Assembly: GCF_044704955.1 (NCBI RefSeq)
Contig: NC_091985.1
Span: 115,320,001-115,384,000 of the forward strand
Length of the DNA stretch: 64,000 bases
From: Pristiophorus japonicus
Taxonomy: Eukaryota
Reading direction: 5' to 3'
In this document: in pieces, positions 50,101 to 61,793 of the stretch
Layout: each line of letters starts with the position of its first letter
Numbering within the stretch: the stretch's first letter is position 1
Notes under the pieces: model-generated
Told to the model about the DNA's origin: nothing
Databases searched by the model: none
The model's input: only the letters and a program-made list of their open reading frames with translations
Translations under genes and position numbers: made by a program

Positions 50101-50390
50101 CGTACGAACGAAGGACCCTGAAGAATGCATTGGTCAAGGTGATCGACGAGACAGGAAAGGGATGGGTAGATATGCTGCCCTGGATTTTAATGAAGTTAAG
50201 GGCGACCCCAAACCAGACCACCAGACTCACAACTTTCGAACTAATGACAGGAAGGGCAATGAGATTACCTGAGGTTCTAATGACGGAGAGTGATGACGTT
50301 GGACCCTACCGGGACCGAGTAAGAAGATTTGTGATGGAATTATGTAAACAATTACAAGATCTGAAGGCACCGGGAATCACAATGCGGTAA
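47120..50390 (+). pseudogene. pol: ERV pro-pol (protease, RT, tether, RNase H, integrase; disrupted)
   Basis: LIDTGAS; SPVWPVKKPD, LDIANGFWAIP, VPQGFHNSP, YVDD (48076-48087); AELVALTEAL, KAH..GNAWADEAAK; H..H..CRKCLTC, IDSDQGTHF. Confidence 0.92.
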
Positions 50391-52066
50391 TGGGTCCTTA
50401 TGGGGAATGTTTGCGTGTAAAATAGGTATCCCAACCATCACAATAGCCCCAACCACAACGACCCCAGAACCCCCAGGATGCCCAAACATGACACAGGGGG
50501 CAAGCGGAGGATTAGTAATGAAAACAACTAGAGACAAAATCCACTTCGGGGTACGCCAAAGGGTAATTACGGTATTGTTAAACCTAACGGATATAACGAT
50601 CCCACTGTTTTGTGGTAAGAAAACTATAAGATTATATGAAAACCTAACCCTAAGGGCCCTTGAGGGGCCCAAATTCAAGACTATGAAGTTCAACGTAAAA
50701 AAGCCAAATAAATATGGGAAAGGCGGGAGGAGAAAGAGGGGAATATTGGAAATGGTGGGCGCGGGATCTTCAAACAATAGAAGAGCAGATCATCAACCTG
50801 ACACAGATCTTAAAAGGACTGCTGGAAAGGGGAGATGATAGGGGACGGGGCGGAGTAGGAACTGCTACAGGTTGCCCATACATTGCGGAACCATGCATAA
50901 ATGATAAATTTGGTAAACCAGGCTGGATAAAAAAGAAAGAAGGCCGAGATAGTTTGTGCGGGATATGGGGCTTGGATGCTCAATACGGTGGAACATAACA
51001 TAGAACAACTCCAGAATGGGGAGGTGCCAGATTGGATAATCAATGATGTATTTGCTGAATGGACATTGGGCAAGAATGACACCCAAGCCTGTGCGGTCCG
51101 GATGAATAGCCATGCCTGGGTCCCTAAGAACAGGTGTGTAACCAGACATCAGAATATAATAAGGTTTGTGTTATCAATATGTACCACAATATGACATGAC
51201 AAAGGGAAACACATTGTACTAAGTAAACAATATAGGAGAAATAAGGAATCAGACCCATGTGCAGTTTTACAAATTGCATCAGTACGTAATTAAAAAGGGA
51301 AACAATACCAAAGGTGTCCATGTTAAAGATTGTTTTAAGAATAATCAAGTTGTTTTATGCCGACAGCATCCAGACCTCGGTAACAACAACTGTGGATATG
51401 GCCAAACAGAAGGACGTGTTGAGTGTCACACCGCTGACAATGGATTCCGAAACGACTGCAACCTCACAAGGAAATGGAGGCTGGTGTGTGAGCACCACGG
51501 CGGTCAACATGACAGTGGGAGGAGGTACCTACTGCCCGATCACGATCATCGACTTCTGTTTTACACCAAAAGAAGTCGTCGATATTCAGGGATATATCAT
51601 ATATCCAGAATTGAAAGGCGAGTCCGTCAACGGGATGGCGATGGAAACTATCAAAGCAGGGTATAAAGGTTTTGAGGAACCACAAGGACAACATATACCC
51701 AAACTTAGTGAAGAACAAACTAAGTTGGAACAGGACATCCATGAACAACGGCAGAAGTACATCATCCTGATGAAGAAGATCGACAAACTCCAGAAGGACA
51801 CTAAAGAAATGTTGGCAAACCAACCCTGGTATACAAGGCTTTGGAACTTTGGACTAAACATGCAGGTGCACCCCTGGATTAAAATAATATCCCAAGTATT
51901 GGTGATTGTACAATGTGTGGTTTTAACGGTATTGTTGATTGAACTATGTTGGAGATGTAAACGACGGGCGAGGAAAGCCATTGCTCAGGCCACCATAAAA
52001 GCCATAGAAGAAACTAAACCTTTAGTATCTAAGGAAAAATCTGTAAAACGGGTAAATGGTGTGTAA
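50391..52066 (+). pseudogene. env: ERV env-like glycoprotein gene (disrupted, 5' part probably deleted)
   Basis: Furin site RRKR (50728-50739) then GILEMVGAG. Heptad LQTIEEQIINLTQILKGLL, Cys-rich middle, second heptad, Trp-rich stretch, TM helix IISQVLVIVQCVVLTVLLIEL and basic tail. Confidence 0.82.
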
Positions 52067-52222
52067 AGGTAAAGAGATACGAGAAACAATCCTGAAGTAA
52101 GGGCTTGGCCACCCAGAAGGATGGATTAAGATGACAATATCACTTCCCCTTTGGATGAAATAATGAGGGGACGGCACATTGGCCTATCTTGGGGTATATA
52201 GCCAAGGGCCAACAGGGGGGAT

Positions 52223-52700
52223 TGTAAGGGCAAGATTGATTATCAAAGATGTTATCTGACTATTGTGAAAGCACTGAGCTGGCTAAACAAGAGGTATGCT
52301 TAAAACTACACATATGCATAAAGCACAATAGAGCTACGAGATGATCACTCGTTGACCTCGGGCTCAAGGGAGCAGTAAAGAAATCCAAAGAGGAACTATT
52401 ATAACCATATAACAATATAAGGCGAGTGACATCAGGAAGAAGGGAACAAATGGGTATTCGATCATGCGTTGGTACAACCAATCACGTCACTGTTAAGGTC
52501 CATCCACGAGGACACTCATGTGCCAAAACCTGTATAATTAAGGTATAATTTGAACAGTTCAGTGGAGATCCTCTCAGGCGACTAAGAAGTGAGATGCTCC
52601 CCCTGCATGCGCTGGAATAAAAGATCGTTGAAGCTTATCCAAGGTATCAGGCTGTTGAATCCGGGCTTGTTACGAGAGGACAAGGGCAATTCTCCCCATC
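52223..52700 (+). repeat. ERV 3' LTR (3' boundary approximate)
   Basis: Starts TG after the PPT. Contains CCAAT (~52478), TATAA (~52533) and AATAAA (52616-52621) in the expected order. Confidence 0.75.
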
Positions 52701-52701
52701 A

Positions 52702-54890
52702 ATGGAGATGTTGAAAGTTATGAAGGATTTTGATAGAGTAAATAAGAAGAAACTGTTTCCAGTAGCAGAGGGGTTGGTAACCAGCAGACACAGAATTGGC
52801 AATAGAATCAAAGGGAGAGATGAGGAGATATTTTTTCCACAGCAAGTTATTATGATCTGAAATGTACTGCCGAAAAGGGTGGTGGAAGCAGATTCAATAA
52901 TAACGAAAGAAAGAGTAGGGCTTATTAGAGACCAAAAATGAAACTTGTGTGTGGAGGCAGAAATTATGGGCATGGTTCTTAATGAATACTTTGGGTGTGT
53001 CTTCACAAAAGAGAGGGACGATACAGATATTGTAGTTGAGGAGCAGGAGTGTGAAATATTGGATGAGATAAATATAGTGAGAGAGGAAATATTAAAGGGT
53101 TTAGTATCTTTGAAAGTAGATAACTCTCTAGACCCAGATGAAATGTATCCAAGACTATTAAGAGAAGCAAGGAAATAAATAACAGAGGCTCTGACCACCA
53201 TTTTCCGATCCTCTGGCTACAGGTGTGGTGCTGGAGGACTGCAGGACAGCTTAACTTTGTACCATTGTTTAAAAAGGGAGAAAGGGATAGATCAAGTAAT
53301 TACAGGCCAGTCAAGCTAACCTCGGTGGTGGGCAAATTATGGGAAAAATTCTGAAGAAAAGCATAAATTATTTTAAAAAGTACAAATTAATCAAGGACAG
53401 TCAACATGGATTTGTTAATGTAAGGTCATGTCTGACTAACTTGATTGAACTTTTTGAGGAGACAACAAGGAGGGTCGATGAGTGTAGCGCATTTAAAACT
53501 GAGATGAGGAGGAATTTCTTCTCTGAGGGTTGTAAATCTATGGAATTCTCTGGCCTAGAGAGCTGTGGAGGTTGGGTTATTGAATATAATTATGGCGGAG
53601 TTAGGCAGATTTTTGAGCGATAAGGGAGTAAAGGGTTATGGGGAGCGGGCAGGGAAGTGGAGCTAAGTCCACGATCAGATGAGCCGTGAACTCATTGAAT
53701 GGCAGAGCAGACTCGAGGGGCCGTATGGCCTACTCCTGCTCCTATTTCTTATGTTCTTATGATGTAGTCGACATGGCAAACTGGTCAGAAAAGTAAACGT
53801 CCATGGGATCCAGGGCAAAGTTGCAAGTTGGATCCAAAATTGGCTAAGAGGCAAGAAGCAAAGGATGATGGTTGATGGGTGTTTTTGTCACTGGAAGGCT
53901 GCTTCCAGTGAGGTTCAGTACTAGGTTCCTTGCTTTTTGTGGTATATATCAATGATTTAGACTTGAATACAGGGGGCATGATTCAGAAGTTTGAACATGA
54001 TACAAAAATTGGCCGTGTGCTTGATAGTGAGGAAGAAAGCTGTAAACTGCAGGAAGGTATCAATGCATTCGTCACGTGGCAGAAAAGTGGCAAATGGAAT
54101 TGAGTCCGGAGAACTGTGAAGTAGTGAATTTGGGGAGGGCTAACAAGGAAAGAGAATACACATTAAATGGTAGTAGGATATGGAGAAGTGAAGACGAACA
54201 GAGAGACCTTAGAGTGCATGTTCACAGATTCCTGAAGGTAGCAGGACAAGTAGATAAGGTGGTTAAGAAGGCATACGGAATACTTGCCTTGATTAACTGA
54301 GGCATAGAATATAAGAGCAGAGAGGTTATGCTTGAACTGTATAAAACACTAGTTAGGCCACAACTGTACTGCGTGCAGTTCTGGTCATCGCATTACAGCA
54401 ATGACATGTTTGCACTAGAGCGGGTGCAGAGAAGATTTACGAGGATGTTGCCTGGATTGGAGAATTTTAGCTATGAGGAAAAATTGCAGATGCTGGGTCT
54501 GTTTTCTTTGGAACAGACGAGGCTGAGGGGAGACCTAATTGAGATGTATAAAATTATGAGGGGCCTGGATAGAATGGCCTGTTTCCCTTCACCCAGGAAT
54601 TAACATGCGGGGGACATAGATTTAAAGTAATTAGAGGAGATATGAGGAGAAATTTCTTCACCCAGAAGGTAGTGGGGGTCTGGATCTCACTGCATGAAAG
54701 GGTGGTAGAGGCAGAAACCCTCATCACATTTAAAAAAATAATTGGATGTGCACTTAAAGTGCCGTAACCTACAGGGCTGTGGACCAACAGCGGGAACGTG
54801 GGAGTAGGCTGGATAGCTCTCGGTCAGCCAGCACCTACACGATGGGCCTAAATGGCCTCCTTCTGCGCTGTAAATTTCTATGATTCTATG
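52702..54890 (+). mobile_element. Old CR1 fragments with a nested CR1 3' tail (~53490-53760)
   Basis: RT motif relics (QHGFV, VRPQL.YC). Tails TTCTTATGTTCTTATG at ~53760 and TTCTATGATTCTATG at ~54890. Confidence 0.85.
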
Positions 54891-55082
54891 CTGACTGACC
54901 TGAGTATTTCCAGCATTTTCTGTTTTTATTACATACTAACCCTTAATGTTCGGCTTCTTGCGCCAGGATTCTGGGTTCCAGTTCAGCTCCTGCTGCAGCC
55001 CCTGTGAATCGAATCAATGCACAATCTGATGTTTGTTTTAGAAATATTTAACGCCGTTAACTTTAGCCCTTTTGCGGCCTGC

Positions 55083-55186
55083 TGATTGGTGAATCACTCG
55101 CTGGTGACAGGAACAGTCCAATGAGAATCAGGACAGAGGGACCAATCACAAGAGCCTCCACCGCATTCCTCCTGAAGGTATAAGAA
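55083..55186 (+). promoter_or_regulatory. H2A promoter (CCAAT boxes and TATA)
   Basis: ATTGG ~55085, CCAAT ~55118 and ~55142, TATAAG ~55179, upstream of the ATG at 55228. Confidence 0.7.
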
Positions 55187-55227
55187 GGGCGAGTGCCGGA
55201 ATAATTGCTCATTGTGAGATTGTGGAA

Positions 55228-55558
55228 ATGTCGGGAAAAGGAAATAGGTGCCGGGAAAGTTCGGGCCAAGGCCAAGTCTCGCTCATCCCGAGCCAGACTG
55301 CAGTTCTCGGTGGGCCGTGTTCACAGGCTCCTGCGAAAGGGCAACTTTGCTGAGCGTGTGGGTGGCGGAGCCCCGGTCTATCTGGCTGCTGTGCTCGAGT
55401 ACCTGACCGCTGAAATCCTGCAATTGGCCGGCAACGCGGTTCGCGACAACAAGAAGACCCGCATCATTCCCAGGCACCTGCAGGGCGGGGTGTTGCCCAA
55501 TATCCAGGCTGTGCTACTGCCCAAGAAAACCAGCGCCGTGAGCTCCAAAACAAAGTGA
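55228..55558 (+). pseudogene. H2A: Histone H2A pseudogene
   Basis: The ATG at 55228 (MSGKG) is out of frame with the body because of a 1-nt insertion near codon 6. A 60-bp deletion joins RHLQ to GGVLPNIQ. Several substitutions at conserved sites (RAGLQFP>RARLQFS, EILEL>EILQL). Confidence 0.9.
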
Positions 55559-55588
55559 AGCAGTGAAACTTTAATCTAATAACTCAAA

Positions 55589-55604
55589 GGCTCTTTTCAG
55601 AGCC
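55589..55604 (+). terminator. Histone mRNA 3' stem-loop (H2A pseudogene)
   Basis: GGCTCTTTTCAGAGCC, followed by a degenerate HDE (GAAAGGGGCAG). Confidence 0.9.
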
Positions 55605-56235
55605 GCCCACAGTATCGGTGAAAGGGGCAGGTTGCTGTCTGAAGCGAGTCACATTTTTAAGTCTGTTTTAATCACTCCGGATGTTTGCCTCCAGCCATTA
55701 TACTTCGGTTCTGTACTCACACTCGCTCTCCTCCAGTTAACGGTGGATTATAGTTTGTCTGAATTCCACCACTTTCGATCTAAAATACCAATCTGTTCTG
55801 GCGTATTAATGGTTGCTGTATGAATAGCTTGGAAGATGAATTAATTTAGTAATAAGGCCTGATGTAGTTCTAGTCTTAACACCGTAAGAGGGGAAAGTCT
55901 TAAAATTTGAACTTTGGCACAGTAAGCCGGGGCAGGAACATTAACGGGCTCCTTTCCTAAACATTACACTTTTTCCTCAGATCTACCTTTTTTTTTACCC
56001 CACCCCACTCCACTCCACTCCACTCCATTATCCCCACAAAAAGCTGCCGGTGATTAGTGAGACTGCGATGTTTATTAATATCTCAGCAGATGAATCGGAC
56101 AGAGGGCGCAGCAATGTATCCGGCTGTTCCAGATCTCGGTGCTGCACCCCTGGAAGTACAGTTCTGTGGCACCACATAACCATGTCGCACCGAAAGTTAA
56201 TGAGCAATACATATCAGTATGCCAGCAGGCGGTTA

Positions 56236-56276
56236 CATCTCTTTCGTTTGCGGATTTGGTGGCTCTTAAAAGAGCC
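56236..56276 (-). terminator. Histone mRNA 3' stem-loop and HDE (H3)
   Basis: Minus strand GGCTCTTTTAAGAGCC (56261-56276) then AAAGAGATG. Confidence 0.93.
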
Positions 56277-56301
56277 GTTGTTGCACTTGGTGTTGGAGGG
56301 T

Positions 56302-56751
<450 letters not shown>

Positions 56752-56778
56752 TTAATGTGAAGCCGGTTCTGCCGCCGC

Positions 56779-57049
56779 CTTTTAAAGGGACTGTGAGGGT
56801 CCGCCCCGGGGCTGTGATTGGCTACAGGTTCTGTGAGGGAACGCCCTGGGGCTGTGATTGGCTACAGGGTCTGAAGGACCGCCACGGGACTGTGATTGGC
56901 TACAGGGTCTGAAGGACCGCCACGGGACTGTGATTGGCTACTGTCCCCTCGTCAATCAGGGACGAGCTGACAGTCAGAAGGAAACGGCGACAATTACGGG
57001 GCCCTGATTGGCTGAGTTCAAATTTGTCATCATTTTCAAAACACCCGCC
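56779..57049 (-). promoter_or_regulatory. H3 promoter: TATA-like element, five CCAAT boxes (four in a tandem 38-40 bp repeat), CDE/CHR-like element
   Basis: TTTAAAAG ~56779-56786. ATTGG on + at 56817, 56857, 56895, 56933 and 57007. Minus strand GGCGG-GTGT-TTTGAA at 57035-57049. Confidence 0.75.
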
Positions 57050-57541
57050 AATTTCAATGTAACAAATAACGGAGTTTGAGCGAAAGCCTGTTTGTGACAA
57101 CAAATAATAACCTCCCTTTTATAGTCCCGGATTGCCGGCGCTATTTTACAATCAGGTTTTAAATCGGCTCCTTGTTCGGTTCTGTCAGATGGGGAATGTT
57201 CTTCACTTTGTGCGCTCCTGTAAAACGGCTGATGGGGAATCGGCAGCACGTCTTAGATCTCCCGATTAACATTCCCATTGGCCGCACTGGCTGCCGACTC
57301 GCTTTCACCCGCTCTACAATATCGGTATTTAAACAATAAATGTGCGGAGAGCCGCAGTGTGTCCATGTGAGACTGCTCTCGCTGTCTTTACACCCAGGGC
57401 GGAAATGTCCCAGGTAAAACACACACACAAATTCTCACTATTTCCCGAACCATTGGCGAGTGTTCGGGAAATCTAACCACATTCATAAATATCTTGAACC
57501 AATTACCATCACAATATATCCCCGCTCGCGTTCCCAGGTCA

Positions 57542-57582
57542 CTGCTCTCTCTGTGAGGTGTTGGGTGGCTCTTAAAAGAGCC
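57542..57582 (-). terminator. Histone mRNA 3' stem-loop and HDE (H4)
   Basis: Minus strand GGCTCTTTTAAGAGCC (57567-57582), ACCCA, then GAGAGAGCAG. Confidence 0.93.
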
Positions 57583-57616
57583 TTTGTTTTGTGCCGAGTA
57601 GAAAGGGTCGAATGGT

Positions 57617-57937
<321 letters not shown>

Positions 57938-57981
57938 TCACTCAAGTCGCTGCTGAATGAGAAAAAAAACTGCTTCTGGCT

Positions 57982-58012
57982 CCTTTTTATAGAGCTGACC
58001 CTGACCTGACTG
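57982..58012 (-). promoter_or_regulatory. H4 core promoter (TATA box, upstream GGTCA repeats)
   Basis: Minus strand TCAGTCAGGTCAGGGTCAGCTCTATAAAAAGG, about 55-85 nt upstream of the ATG. Confidence 0.7.
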
Positions 58013-59079
58013 AGAAAGCGTCAGAGTGAGAGAAACCGGGAGGGGAGGATACAGACTGAGAGTGACATCAGAGAGACTGGGAGGGGAGGAAACAGAGCAG
58101 AGAGCAACCTCTGATCTTCCAGCTCCACCTCCAGTTTTCTCCAACCGCCAGTTTCAAACCGTTTATTGTCAGCGCTCCTCACATTTGAAAATAGAAATTA
58201 TATGCTCACCGCCCCTCAAGCTTGTCTGCGTTTCCCTCTGCTCAGAAACTGAGGGATATATAACAGTAACTTGTGTCCTACCCATCCCATCCTGAGCACC
58301 CAGAGACTGCGATCAGAGACTAACAGAGATACGCTGTATCAATCTTAAGCTTCGTGTCGGATTCCCCATATTACGCTCAATAACGGTATCCCAGCTACAT
58401 GTACAGCACGACAGATACAGGCAAGTAGCAATCTTACACTTACCGACAGTGTATCTAGAAATTAAAAGTTTCACACCTTTATGTACAGAACCAGAGAGAT
58501 AGAGACAGTGCATATCAATTACACTGCATATCAATGTGTCCATATCACGCTCAATAACAGCATCCATACAGTACAAGAGAGAGCAGATAGCGACAGAGAG
58601 GGGACGAAAGGAAAAAGAGAGAGGCAGAGAAGGGCGGTGAAAGACAGAGATAGTATCAGTTCCAGACTGACATGTAAATTCCCGTTCGATCCAGAAAGAA
58701 CCCATTGGAGAGGCAGAAGATGCAGTCTCATTGCACAGATCTCTTACCAGACACATTATGAATCCCACACTGCGGGAAAGTACGAGAGAGTGAGAAAACA
58801 ATATTGTATCTTTAACCATCTCATGCCTGTTGTACTCGCTGCTGTTTTGCAGCTCAGGACGGTTCGGTATTACTCTCATTGACCGAGTCTTTCACTCTGA
58901 TTTAATTAATGTGGGACAATGGCCGTCAGATATTAATTTCTGCATGGTCCCAGATAACACTCCGACTCCTTCGTTCCTCTAATGTTTCCGCAGGATTGCT
59001 ATCTGAAGATGGGCTCATTTCGAACAAACATTCTGCAAGGAATGATCCCAACTTGAGCATCTTAAATGGGAACCCCCCG

Positions 59080-59547
59080 CCCCTCCCCCGCTTTAAACTT
59101 TCTCTGTCCTTTCCCACCAGGCCCATTTTCTTTGCTCAGATTCTGATGAAAGTGAATTGGGGAAAGTTCAGACCCCTCCCTCTGGCCTCTTGCCTTCTCT
59201 AGATCTTTTCATTGCGAACTGCTGACGGGACATCGGCTGTCTCAATTTCTCTGCTCCTCTCACTCACTCCAATCTACCTCCCTCTGAACTTGTAGCACTT
59301 TGCTCTCTCAGATACAACCCCAACATTGTGATTAACCTGCTGTTATTGTTTGGAGAACTGACCTCTACCTTGCGGCTGCTGAACGTCAATTCTCTGACAC
59401 CCCCTCCTACCTCCCCCTGGACCATGATCCCACTACCGATCATCAAGCTATCATTTCCCAGATCTTCACTGACCTCATCTCCTCTGAAGATCTTCCTTCC
59501 AGGGCCACCGACCTTACAGTTTCCCAAACCAGCACAGCCTGTTTCTG
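59080..59547 (+). mobile_element. Penelope-like retroelement RT fragment
   Basis: Across frameshifts reads NLPPSELVALCSLRYNPNIVI..ERQFSD..YLPLDHDPTTDHQA..DLISSEDLP, resembling a PLE RT N-terminus. Confidence 0.6.
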
Positions 59548-60247
59548 GGGAGGAGACAGACGGAGAGACCGGGAGGGGAGGAGACAGACAGAGTGACAGA
59601 GCAGAGAGCTCCACCTCCCAGCTCATTCTCCACTTCCAGTTTTCTCCAACCGCCAATTTCAAACCGTTTTTCTTCAGTAGAACCGAAACTCAGCTCTCTG
59701 CTAACTGCAATGCATCACCCCCGAAACCAAATTTTAATTTGATCTATTAAGATTCCTTTAATTTGGTTAATTTATAGTTTTATCGGTTGAGGCCCTTTCA
59801 GGGGGCACAGGGCTGACGTTTCATTGACAATTAACCTAAATGAAAGAGTCAGCGCTCCACACAAACCCTTACAGACTCGGGCTTCATATTCCAGGATTTC
59901 CAGAAACCGGAGTTTGTAAATAAGGTCCTGCTACAATGAAGAGTCAGTAATATTCCCGCCTAAGTGCAGTCCCTTCTGTAACAAGTCGAGCCGGTTCCTT
60001 CTATTTCAGTGGCAGCCCCTATTCCATCTCCCCACACTTCCCGTCCCAGCAGTTTAGTGACAACTTACACACCCAACATATCCCCAGGTCCTGTGAGGCC
60101 CGGCCCAGATCCCATTGTGTTTTAGTGCAGAGTGGGGGAGGGTGCAGCCGATGTCAGCGAGTCACCAGGGATCCTGGGTTTATTGGGAATGATTCCTATC
60201 TGAAGTCTGAGCCAGGCACCGAGACAGGAATCATGTGATTCCGGGAT

Positions 60248-60288
60248 CAGCTCTTTTCTGAGAGACGTGGGTGGCTCTGAAAAGAGCC
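60248..60288 (-). terminator. Histone mRNA 3' stem-loop and HDE (H1 copy B)
   Basis: Minus strand GGCTCTTTTCAGAGCC (60273-60288) then AAAAGAGCTG. Confidence 0.95.
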
Positions 60289-60324
60289 GTTGGGTTCAGA
60301 TGTTTACAAGTTGCACTTGATATT

Positions 60325-61035
60325 TTACTGCGTTTTGGGCGCTGCCTTCTTTGGCTTTGTTGATTTGGGCTTGGCCGCCTTGGGGGTTTTGGGCTTCTTC
60401 GCAGGAGACTTTTTCTTAAGGGCTGACGATCTCACCGACTTATTCGGCGCCTGCGCCTTCTTGGTGCCGGCTTTCTTGGCCGCTGGTTTCTTTGTTGCGA
60501 TTTTCTTGGCCGCTGGCTTCTTCGTTGCGACTTTCTTGGCCGCTGGTTTCTTCGTTGCGACTTTCTTGGCTGCTGGTTTCTTCGTTGCGACTTTCTTGGC
60601 CGCTGGCTTCTTCGTTGAGACTTTCTTGGCCGCTGGTTTCTTTGTTGCGACTTTCTTGGCTGCTGGTTTCTTGGCTGGAGATTTCTTGGCCATTGGTTTC
60701 TTGGCCTTTACCACTTTTTGTTTGACGATTTTGACGGAGCCGGAGGCGCCTTTGCCCACGGTGTGCACCAGGATCCCGTTTTCCACACACCTCTTGATAC
60801 TCCTCTTGATCTGGGACCGGTACTTGGTCATATCCAGGCCGCTGTTAGTCAGAGCCTTCTTTACCGCGATCATGGACATCCCCTTGCGATCGATGCAACC
60901 CCCCACAATCTTGACGATCTGATCGCTCAACTTGGGGCGGGTTGTCTTGGGCCGTCGAGCAATCTTCTTCTTGGGAGCCTTGGTTTGAACGGCGGCGGCA
61001 GGAGGAGCCGTTTCGGCGGCGGCAGTGTCCGTCAT
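60325..61035 (-). CDS. H1: Linker histone H1-like, 236 aa, copy B
   Basis: Same N-terminus and globular domain as copy A, with one extra 10-aa tail repeat. H1 box AAACACA at 61180-61186. Confidence 0.93.
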   Translation of the reverse strand: MTDTAAAETAPPAAAVQTKAPKKKIARRPKTTRPKLSDQIVKIVGGCIDRKGMSMIAVKKALTNSGLDMTKYRSQIKRSIKRCVENGILVHTVGKGASGSVKIVKQKVVKAKKPMAKKSPAKKPAAKKVATKKPAAKKVSTKKPAAKKVATKKPAAKKVATKKPAAKKVATKKPAAKKIATKKPAAKKAGTKKAQAPNKSVRSSALKKKSPAKKPKTPKAAKPKSTKPKKAAPKTQ

Positions 61036-61793
61036 GTCGGGAACTGTGTCGAAAATCTCTCTGACAGTCAGAACTGGGTCAGAAATGAATCCAGAGGTGG
61101 CGGCACAGAGCAATTTAAAGGCAGCGAGCGGACGGGGCGGAGACATCCTGCTGTCAGCTCTCGGCCCCTGCAGCATTTCTGTGTTTCTCTCTCCCACAAA
61201 CTCTCCCATACCAATGAAAATCGGTCACTCCACGATCCCAGTCTAGATCCTTCCTCATTCTAAGACCACAATGTTTGCTGTCGAAAAACTTCCAGCCGAA
61301 TTCAAGACCCCAGTCCCGATTTAAACCCCTTTCAATGCTGCACTGATCGCGCTCTCTCAGCCGATCGCTGGCATGGTCTCTGGTTTTCGACTGAAATCTT
61401 GACATGAACTCAAACATTACCTTAAATTCCCACTTCGGGGCTGAGCAGGGGCACGGGGCGATCCTATGACTGGGAAATCATTTTATTTTAGACAAGAGGC
61501 ACTCGGAAATCGGGCGATGAGTCGGGACACACAAACACAGTGACATTGGACACAGCCGCCCGCCCCTTTAGCACACTCTCTCTGACATTCCGGACATTCA
61601 CAGGACTAACTGTTCCCCAGATTTACAGTTCCCAGGACAGGCTTTCCTCTCCGCTCGGCCTGTGCTGCGGATTCACGGGGGTTAGTTGTAGTTTCCCAGC
61701 TCAGTAACTGTTAAACATTCTGAGGCCGGCGCTCCTCACAGAGTCTGTTCCCCAGATTCAGGGGCAGGAGCCAATCACAGCTCTGGCTGTGTT

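Larger units (their letters stand above)
45444..52700 (+). mobile_element. Endogenous retrovirus (gag-pro-pol-env-3'LTR), decayed, 5' LTR not found
   Basis: Ordered Gag, PR, RT, tether/RNase H, IN and Env relics. PPT AACAGGGGGGAT directly precedes TGTAAGGG at 52223. Confidence 0.9.

Noticed and set aside
55205-55558. 117-aa H2A from the ORF track
   Set aside because: It begins at a TTG about 20 nt past the TATA box, at or before the likely transcription start. The real ATG at 55228 is frameshifted.
57112-57285. Orphan minus-strand TATAAAAG (~57116-57123) and CCAAT (~57277)
   Set aside because: No ORF or histone relic follows and the spacing is atypical, so I cannot support a promoter call.
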